DNA of 64,000 bases from Pseudomonadota bacterium (GTDB lineage Bacteria; Pseudomonadota; Gammaproteobacteria; Burkholderiales; Burkholderiaceae_D): contig JAEXJM010000057.1 in the NCBI GenBank assembly GCA_023449275.1, forward strand, positions 89 through 64,088, given 5' to 3'. Positions 57,392 to 64,000 of this stretch are shown piece after piece. Each line of letters opens with the position of its first letter. Position 1 is the first letter of the stretch. The notes under the pieces were generated by a model. It was not told where the DNA came from. It searched no databases and saw only the letters and a list, made by a program, of their open reading frames with translations. The position numbers and the translations under genes were made by a program.

Positions 57392-59017
57392 CTACAACCC
57401 CCTAAACTGGGCGCAAGTCTTGAAAACATCCAGTGACGGTGTGACATTTTTCTGACGGCACCATTTTGCGGTCAGTTTCAGAAGCTCTTTGATATCCCGT
57501 CCGGAAATATCCCTGAAATGATTGATGAGCTCATTAACGAGCTCTTCATTCATGGAAAACTCGAACTGTTTTGCAAGCACATTCCAAATCTGTCTGGCTT
57601 CACTTATACCTGGAACGACATAACGAATCGTAGCGATACAACGGGATGCGATGGCATCATCGACGTCTTCAACCCGGTTTGTCGTCAGGAACAACAAGCC
57701 GTGGAAATATTCCAGCGTACGCAAGAATGAAGCGACAACGGCATTGTGATCAATATCATTGCCACGACGCCGGATATAAACGTCGGCCTCGTCGATCAGC
57801 ATAACCGCTCCCCATCGCTGTGCACGCTTCAGAACCTTTTCAAGATTCTTCTCGACATTTTCAGAGGCAACCCCCAATTGCCCCGAATGCACCCTGTATA
57901 AAGGGCGACCGACTACTTCCGAATAGACTTCAGCAGTCAGGGTCTTTCCAAGGCCCGGCGCGCCCTTGCAAAGAATCGTCGTCCCGCCCGATTTTCCGGC
58001 AACGATATCATCCATCAGAACATCCATATCCTGCGTCAGAATATCGATCAGATCACGATGTTCTTCAGGCAGGATCAGTTTCTCACGCAGGCTGGAATCA
58101 TATTGATATTCTTTCAGATTATCGACGTGAATCCACATATTCGTATGTGTTTCAAGATTGAAACACAATACCTGTGGATGAACCGGAATCTCGTTATAGT
58201 TCAAGCCCTGACCTTGCCAGAATGGAGAATCCGTCCGTGTGAAAAACCGGCGGTGAATCAGTCCTTCGTCATTGATGACACGGCTTGGTACATCAAAAAG
58301 CACCCTTTCGGGAAAATGCGTCCGTTCATCCAGATCGACTTCCATACCGCTACCGGTTGCCCAGAACTGACTGTTCATTTTCGGCATGATTTGCGTGAAA
58401 ACTTCCATGGATTCAAGATAAGCCTTTTTAAGTTCGGGCGTTTCCTTGATATATCCCTTGGTCGCCAATACATCGGCAATCCGCTTGAACTGCACGTCTT
58501 CGGCAAAAAAGTACGATATTCTGGTGGCAGGCCTGATCAGATCGTCTTTTCTGGTCGGAATGCTGTTCGCCGTCATATAAACGGCGACACAGGGAGGTGC
58601 GTTGGATGCTTCCTGATAGGCGATATCCGTTACCAGCCAGGGAAGATGCTCACCGTTTTCGCCAATGGTATAAAGCCAGCCATCGATAGCATCCTGCTTG
58701 ATATATTCGCCCATTGCCTGTGTCAAAACCACCAGATCGAAGATTTCGATATTGGCGGGATCACGGGACGCTTCACGCAAACCGATGATCGTGCCGACCA
58801 TGGAACGATCACCCTCTTCTTTCAGCTTTTCAAGAACCCAATCCTGAGCGACCTCATCAAGTTCATTGTAAAAAATGGATATTTCGTCATCCCCCCGCAA
58901 CAAGAGATAGGCAGGTATATTGCGGGTCCATTCGGCCTCGGCAAAAAACTCCTTCGCCTCTTTGGCAATGGCAGTGGAAATGGTTATACAGACACCACGA
59001 GAAGCTTCATAGTTCAT
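57392..59017 (-). CDS. AAA+ ATPase with uncharacterised ~300-aa N-terminal region
   Basis: Walker A GAPGLGKT, Walker B MLIDEAD, sensor-1 LTTNR, Arg finger DDAIASR; SD GGAG. Confidence 0.9.
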   Translation of the reverse strand: MNYEASRGVCITISTAIAKEAKEFFAEAEWTRNIPAYLLLRGDDEISIFYNELDEVAQDWVLEKLKEEGDRSMVGTIIGLREASRDPANIEIFDLVVLTQAMGEYIKQDAIDGWLYTIGENGEHLPWLVTDIAYQEASNAPPCVAVYMTANSIPTRKDDLIRPATRISYFFAEDVQFKRIADVLATKGYIKETPELKKAYLESMEVFTQIMPKMNSQFWATGSGMEVDLDERTHFPERVLFDVPSRVINDEGLIHRRFFTRTDSPFWQGQGLNYNEIPVHPQVLCFNLETHTNMWIHVDNLKEYQYDSSLREKLILPEEHRDLIDILTQDMDVLMDDIVAGKSGGTTILCKGAPGLGKTLTAEVYSEVVGRPLYRVHSGQLGVASENVEKNLEKVLKRAQRWGAVMLIDEADVYIRRRGNDIDHNAVVASFLRTLEYFHGLLFLTTNRVEDVDDAIASRCIATIRYVVPGISEARQIWNVLAKQFEFSMNEELVNELINHFRDISGRDIKELLKLTAKWCRQKNVTPSLDVFKTCAQFRGL

Positions 59018-59218
59018 TCAAATACTCCAGGTCGCGAGATGAGTTGGGTTACGTAACAATCATTCCATAAGACTAAACCAATTTTAGCAAGTCTGCCGCC
59101 CAAATCCTCACCCCTGGCCCAATAAAATTTCGATTTCTCCCTTCCGCCAGCCTTTCGGATTGAAATTGCACTTTCGTCTGGAACAGGCTTTCCCGAAAAT
59201 TGCCTCATGCAAACTATG

Positions 59219-59245
59219 GAACTCTTGAATCCTTAGTCCCTCTAA
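59219..59245 (+). promoter_or_regulatory. Candidate sigmaE/AlgU-type promoter
   Basis: (G)GAACTC-N16-TCTAA, 35 nt upstream of ATG 59280. Confidence 0.6.
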
Positions 59246-59279
59246 GAAAAAACTTTGCATTCACTTTTATGAGGAACAT

Positions 59280-59804
59280 ATGAAAAAGATCACATCATGG
59301 TTACTGCTCACAGCACTTTCCCTGGGCTTCATTTCCATTGCAAATGCCCAAAACTACAATAGTGCACCAGAGGTCGCATCGACACTTTACTCGATTAACA
59401 AGGCCCAGATAGAAACGGGCCAGATGGCAAAAAACAAAACGATCAATGATTCCGTCTTGAAATTCGCCAATCAAATGATCAGCGATCACAAAAATGCCCA
59501 AACCCGGCTCGACGCTATTTTAAAAGCCAACAACATTAACAGAATCACCAGTGCCGATGCACGTACCATTCGCGGCGAAACCCGCAAAACCATGCGCGCC
59601 ATGAAAAAAGTCAATGGCATTACATTCGACCAGACCTACATGGATTATGAAATCAATTCCCATAAAAAAGCATTGAATGTCATTAATGATTATATCCTTC
59701 CAAGAGTCCAAAACGCCGAACTGAAAAACTATACCCTGGCAATGAGACAGAACATTATGAATCATTTACAGCAGGCACAGCAAATCCGGATGAACATCCA
59801 GTAA
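59280..59804 (+). CDS. DUF4142-domain secreted protein (ferritin-like)
   Basis: Signal peptide; I..GQMA, V..FANQMISDH, FDQTYM....SH, HLQQAQQI pattern. Confidence 0.8.
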   Translation: MKKITSWLLLTALSLGFISIANAQNYNSAPEVASTLYSINKAQIETGQMAKNKTINDSVLKFANQMISDHKNAQTRLDAILKANNINRITSADARTIRGETRKTMRAMKKVNGITFDQTYMDYEINSHKKALNVINDYILPRVQNAELKNYTLAMRQNIMNHLQQAQQIRMNIQ

Positions 59805-59853
59805 TTAAGAAAGGCAATACTGCATTCCAATTATTGATTAAGGGGATTTAACC

Positions 59854-60255
59854 ATGTTTAACGCACCTGATCCAAACTCACAAAAAAAACTCAGGGATGG
59901 AATGGAATCCGTTTCAGAACAGGTGGATATTTCCAAAGAAGATTTTAAAATCGCGGCAAACAATATCAAGGAAAACATTCAATCCGAAACGGAACGTTTT
60001 CAGGAAGACCTCAAGGATCTGAAAGACAAGGTAATTGATCTGTCCACAACAGGCATTTCCGTTGCCCGGCAAACGATTTCATCAAACCTTTCTGCGGCAA
60101 AAGAAAAAGCGAACCAGGCTGCACATTGTGCAATGAACCATGCAGAAAAAAACCTCGAGTCAACCGTGCACTATGTAAGACAGAAACCCTACCAGTCACT
60201 GGGTATCGCGCTGGGAATCGGTTTCATACTAGGCAGGCTGATGTCACGTAAATAA
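59854..60255 (+). CDS. DUF883 family (ElaB/YqjD-like) tail-anchored protein
   Basis: Helical body with C-terminal YVRQKPYQSLGIALGIGFILGRLMSRK. Confidence 0.85.
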   Translation: MFNAPDPNSQKKLRDGMESVSEQVDISKEDFKIAANNIKENIQSETERFQEDLKDLKDKVIDLSTTGISVARQTISSNLSAAKEKANQAAHCAMNHAEKNLESTVHYVRQKPYQSLGIALGIGFILGRLMSRK

Positions 60256-60277
60256 ATCACGTCAAAGGAGTGCTTCT

Positions 60278-60646
60278 GTGTTCCATTCTCTGAAAAAAAT
60301 CAAAGAATTCGGCAAATTCATGCAGGAAAGATCCGGAGATTATCTCCGCCTGTTTTTTCTTGAACTTGAAATACAGAAGCTGCTCTTTCTCAACAGACTG
60401 ATATGCATCATCATTTTCTCGATCAGTGTTTTTCTGTCCATTATGTTCCTTGGTATCGCCTGTATCGTTTCATTCTGGGACACACCCTACAGAATTCCGG
60501 TGTCATGGCTTGTTTTCGGGGCTTTCATTCTGATTATGCTTGTTTGTGCCTTTATTTATATGCGAAACAGGAATGACCGTCCCATGTTTCATGATATGAA
60601 GGCGGAATTCAAGAAGGATTTAAGCCTGCTGAAAGATATTGTATGA
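60278..60646 (+). CDS. YqjE-like two-TM membrane protein (phage_holin_3_6-like family)
   Basis: RLFFLELE, two TM segments around FWDTPYR, C-terminal EFKKD; follows DUF883; GTG start with AAAGGAG. Confidence 0.75.
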   Translation: MFHSLKKIKEFGKFMQERSGDYLRLFFLELEIQKLLFLNRLICIIIFSISVFLSIMFLGIACIVSFWDTPYRIPVSWLVFGAFILIMLVCAFIYMRNRNDRPMFHDMKAEFKKDLSLLKDIV

Positions 60647-60906
60647 GCCACCTTGATCAAATGGAAAATGAAAGAAAACTGTTGCTTCAGAATCTGAAGC
60701 TCAAAAGAATGAGCTGGAAATTCCGGTTCATAAAGAATGAGCTTTCTTATAAACGGTATGAAGATTATATGAACAGCTTCTTTCCAAGAAGCATTATCTT
60801 CAGGTTCTTAAGCAATTACCCTTCAATTCCAGTATTGGCCATTTCATTTCTGACAGTCGAAAAAAGCCGCAATTTCTTTTTTAATATAATCAAAAAGATA
60901 TTCTGA
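60643..60906 (+). CDS. Hypothetical protein (positional YqjK analogue)
   Basis: ATGA overlap with the previous gene; ERKLLL N-terminus; FPRSIIFRFL..YP motif. Confidence 0.6.
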   Translation: MSHLDQMENERKLLLQNLKLKRMSWKFRFIKNELSYKRYEDYMNSFFPRSIIFRFLSNYPSIPVLAISFLTVEKSRNFFFNIIKKIF

Positions 60907-60926
60907 TTTTCAAACCTGATATTTGT

Positions 60927-60953
60927 GCACTTGTTTTTCGTTGACGATTCTCA
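60927..60953 (+). promoter_or_regulatory. Candidate sigmaE/AlgU-type promoter
   Basis: GCACTT-N16-TCTCA upstream of the PRC-barrel gene. Confidence 0.4.
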
Positions 60954-61020
60954 ATCACGGAAGAAATGAAAACCGGTACTTTTAATTACTAATTTCTTTA
61001 TCATAAATGCGGAGGTTGAG

Positions 61021-61428
61021 ATGAGTTATCTATTGAAAGACGTATACGGCATGTACAAGTGCAATATTGAAGGAGGCATTTGCTTTTTGGGTGCCAAGAC
61101 TCTGATCGGCGATGAAGTCATTGGAAAAGACGGGAAAAAACTGGGCAAAATCGAGGAACTGATGATCGACATGAAAAACAATCGTATCGCTTATGTCCTG
61201 ATGTCCTTTGCCGGTTTTCTGGGTATGGGAGAACGTCTTTTTGCCGTTCCATTTGCAGCGCTTCGAAACGACGGACAGAAAGGTCAATTCTATCTGGATG
61301 CTGATGAAGAAAAAATCAACAACGCTCCATATATCAATCCGAATGAATGGCCTGATATGGCAGATAAAAACTGGGTTCGTGAGGTTCATGCATTCTATGG
61401 CGTTGAACCTTACCTGATGGGTATGTAA
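61021..61428 (+). CDS. PRC-barrel domain protein
   Basis: AKTLIGDEV...GKKLGKIEELMID...IAYVLMSFAGFLGMGERLFAVPF; WPDMAD..W...VHAFYG; SD GGAGG. Confidence 0.88.
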   Translation: MSYLLKDVYGMYKCNIEGGICFLGAKTLIGDEVIGKDGKKLGKIEELMIDMKNNRIAYVLMSFAGFLGMGERLFAVPFAALRNDGQKGQFYLDADEEKINNAPYINPNEWPDMADKNWVREVHAFYGVEPYLMGM

Positions 61429-61451
61429 ATAACCTCGAAAGGAAAAATTTC

Positions 61452-61763
61452 ATGAGATTCCAAAAAACCATTCTTGCATTTTTCGTTGCCTTGTTCATGG
61501 TATCTCTCGCTGGCTGCGCCTCCACTCAAAAACACTCCAGCGCAGCAGAATATATCGATGATGCCGTGATCACGACAAAAGTCAAGGCAGCGCTTTTCGG
61601 TGATCCCGACCTTTCCGCTGCTGAAATCAATGTCGAGACCTACAATGGTGAAGTACAGCTTAGCGGCTTTGTCTCAACCAAAGCCCAGATCGCCGAGGCC
61701 GTCAGAGTAACGAAAACTGTCGATGGAGTACGAAGCGTCAAAAACAGCCTGCAATTGAAATAA
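61452..61763 (+). CDS. BON-domain lipoprotein (OsmY-like)
   Basis: Lipobox LAGC; IDDAVITTKVKAAL, INVETYNGEVQLSGFV, GVRSVKNSL. Confidence 0.92.
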   Translation: MRFQKTILAFFVALFMVSLAGCASTQKHSSAAEYIDDAVITTKVKAALFGDPDLSAAEINVETYNGEVQLSGFVSTKAQIAEAVRVTKTVDGVRSVKNSLQLK

Positions 61764-61794
61764 AAAAACGGCCAGATAAACTGGCCGTTTTTTT
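61762..61794. terminator. Bidirectional terminator
   Basis: AAAAAAACGGCCAG-ATAAA-CTGGCCGTTTTTTT. Confidence 0.88.
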
Positions 61795-62281
61795 ATTTGT
61801 CCGCAACCCGCTCGAATTCGACAAAGGCATAGGGAATCGAAGCATCGATTTCTCTCCTTGATTTTTCTACAAACCAATTCGCAGGTAATTCCGGATACAG
61901 GGTTTCACCTTCAAATTCAGCATGAACAATCGATAAAAACACCTTGTCTGTCATCGGCAAGGTCTGGCTGAACAGTTCTCCCCCACCGCCTATCACAATG
62001 TCTTCCTTACCCAGCTTTCTGGCCAGACCGATTGCCTGATCGATATCGTTGACAACATAAGCGCCGGGCACTTCATAACCGGTCTGCCTGCTGACGATAA
62101 TCGTCACCCGGTTCGGCAAGACCCTTCCGATCGATTCATGGGTTTTTCTTCCCAGAATCAAAGCCTTCCCGACTGTCAGATCACGGAATATTTTCTGTTC
62201 ACCCGGAATATACCAGGGCATTTGACCATCCTTGCCGATTACCCTGTTTTCCGCCATGGCCACTACATGCGATATCGTCAT
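61793..62281 (-). CDS. folA: Dihydrofolate reductase (DfrA12-like sequence features)
   Basis: AMAENRVIG...MPW, GRKTHESIG..LPNR, IGGG, FEGE..YP. Confidence 0.93.
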   Translation of the reverse strand: MTISHVVAMAENRVIGKDGQMPWYIPGEQKIFRDLTVGKALILGRKTHESIGRVLPNRVTIIVSRQTGYEVPGAYVVNDIDQAIGLARKLGKEDIVIGGGGELFSQTLPMTDKVFLSIVHAEFEGETLYPELPANWFVEKSRREIDASIPYAFVEFERVADK

Positions 62282-62326
62282 TAAAAACTCTTCCTTCCAT
62301 TCCTCACATTCGTCATTTATTGACGC

Positions 62327-64000
62327 TTAAAGACTGATCTTCAAACGTGAAAGCGTACTCCTCAAAAGCTCGTTTCCAGGATCTTTGGTGCCCACCTGTT
62401 TGAATAAGGCGATTGCTCCATCTTTATCCCCCTTGATCCACAGCACTTCTCCAAGATGAACGGCAATCTCCGGATCAGCCCTCAACTGGTAAGCCCGTTG
62501 CAATTGCCGCTCTGCCTCATCAATCTTTCCCTGTCTGAACAATACCCATCCAAGGCTATCGGTAATAAAAGGATCATCAGGCGCCAGTTTCATCGCCTTT
62601 TCTATCAGGGCATACGCTTCCTCGAGCCTGGTATTGCGGTCAGCCAGCGAATACCCCAATGCATTGTATGCCTGCTGATACTGAGGATCGATACCGATAA
62701 TCTTCCTTAAAGCGATTTCCATCTCACCATATTTGCCAAGATTTTCCGCTGTCAAGGCATAGTCATACAATATATTGGTACTTTTCGGAAACGCCTCAAG
62801 TCCTTTTTTCAGAACGTCAAAAGCTTCATAAGGTTTCTTTACCTCACGCAATATCTGAGCTTCAGTCAGCAGAAGACGTTCTTTCTCATAAGGATTATCA
62901 TTCTTGAGTTCCGAAATAATCTTGCGTGCCCGCTGGATGTTCCCTTTTCTGGCAAATATCTGTGCTTTTTTGATCTTCACAGACAAAGACACATCGTTAT
63001 CTTCTTCCTGATCAATTTTCTCAAGCCATACCAGAGCACTGTCGTAATCCTGCTTCTCTTCCTCAATCTGCGACAATAAAAACAGAACCTGGACAGAATC
63101 CTGGTTTTCCTTGTTCTGTTTCGACGCCGCATGAAGATACTCCGTCAGATATTTCCGGGCCGTTTCAGAATCGTTCTGCTGAATCGACAACAAACCCAAA
63201 GAATAAAGAACCATCGGATCCTCTGGCTGGGAAAGCCGGATTTTTTCAAATTCCTGTCTTGCTCTCTCATACTGTTTCTGTTTTATGAGCAATCGTGCAG
63301 CAGCAATCCGGACTTCACGGGACTCGGGATATTTTCCAAGGAAACCAGAAAGAATTTCAATCGCTTCATTCGGATCGGATGAAGCCTGAGCCAGTGCCAG
63401 AACAGCCGTTTCAGAATCCGGTTTCAAGGCAAGCGCCTTTTTGGCCTCTTCCCTGGCGCGTACTGAATCATTATTGAGGTACGCCGACACTGACAATGCA
63501 ATATGAGCCGCAGGCATATCCTGATACGGCCTCAGTACATCATCCATTACCGAAAACGCGCCAGCCTTGTCCTTGGTTCCTGCCAGAATCTGCTGAAACT
63601 GGAAAAACAAGGCAGGACGCTCCGCAGGAGAAGCCTTGGCCAGTTGTTTTGAAAACTCTTCCCTGACTTCATCCAGCCTGTTTTCCACTACCAGAAAACC
63701 CAGGAAAAAACGCTGCGCTTCTACAGATTGCGGAGCCAATTCATGCCACAGGCGCGTCGCATCCAGCGCATCACCGGCTTTTCTTGCCTTGACCGCAATT
63801 TCAGCCGCTCTTCTCGCCAGTCGCGGGTCTTTTGTATCTTTGGCGGCATCCATCATGGATTCAAAAGCATAGACCTCCAACCCACGCTGCTCGGCAATGT
63901 CCGCACTCAGTATCTGGTAGAGGAGATCACTGCTTAAGGGAATGTCCGGAAACGGATCATGTTTCTTGCTGATCGCTTGTCCTTTGGATTTGAGTAAATC
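62327..64000 (-). CDS. Tetratricopeptide-repeat envelope protein (5' end outside the window)
   Basis: The frame is open to base 64000; LYQILSADIAEQRG, TKDPRLARRA, AYNALGYSLADRN, DSLGWV, EIAVHLGEVLW. Confidence 0.9.
   Translation of the reverse strand, partial: DLLKSKGQAISKKHDPFPDIPLSSDLLYQILSADIAEQRGLEVYAFESMMDAAKDTKDPRLARRAAEIAVKARKAGDALDATRLWHELAPQSVEAQRFFLGFLVVENRLDEVREEFSKQLAKASPAERPALFFQFQQILAGTKDKAGAFSVMDDVLRPYQDMPAAHIALSVSAYLNNDSVRAREEAKKALALKPDSETAVLALAQASSDPNEAIEILSGFLGKYPESREVRIAAARLLIKQKQYERARQEFEKIRLSQPEDPMVLYSLGLLSIQQNDSETARKYLTEYLHAASKQNKENQDSVQVLFLLSQIEEEKQDYDSALVWLEKIDQEEDNDVSLSVKIKKAQIFARKGNIQRARKIISELKNDNPYEKERLLLTEAQILREVKKPYEAFDVLKKGLEAFPKSTNILYDYALTAENLGKYGEMEIALRKIIGIDPQYQQAYNALGYSLADRNTRLEEAYALIEKAMKLAPDDPFITDSLGWVLFRQGKIDEAERQLQRAYQLRADPEIAVHLGEVLWIKGDKDGAIALFKQVGTKDPGNELLRSTLSRLKISL

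Noticed and set aside
60278..60646. Phage holin implying a prophage
   Set aside because: The context after DUF883 identifies it as YqjE-like; there is no endolysin or other phage gene nearby.

Overview
A 64 kb chromosomal window of roughly 50% GC from a betaproteobacterium. Gene order and protein style suggest Burkholderiales/Oxalobacteraceae, plausibly Oxalobacter (inference). It is mostly housekeeping backbone: acrB-oprM, trxA-rho, ask-tilS-accA-alkA-cysS, ppiB-lpxH, cysE-rlmB-rnr, tRNA-Leu(CAG), trmB, pnp-rpsO, leuA-pssA-psd, yggX-argA-hrpA, cysB-lptG-lptF-pepA and a truncated TPR gene. Small accessory blocks sit between these. I see no integrase, transposase, prophage, rRNA or CRISPR array. 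Most notable observations: (1) a chromosomal DHFR that closely resembles the trimethoprim-resistant DfrA12 clade; (2) a Bacteroidetes-like LeuA in the native pssA-leuA position, preceded by an unannotated, apparently leaderless, Leu-rich 28-aa leader peptide; (3) a stand-alone AAA+ ATPase of a family best known from fungi, next to an AT-rich stress cluster (DUF4142, YqjD/E/K-like, PRC-barrel, BON) with three sigmaE-type promoters in and around it; (4) a rubrerythrin-fold protein that has lost most di-iron ligands; (5) tandem DUF748 genes, one frameshifted; (6) tandem lipoprotein paralogs, one with a Gly-Ile beta-hairpin-like tail; (7) a decayed small secreted-protein gene behind the tRNA. All family assignments come from motif recognition and recalled sequences; no database search was run.
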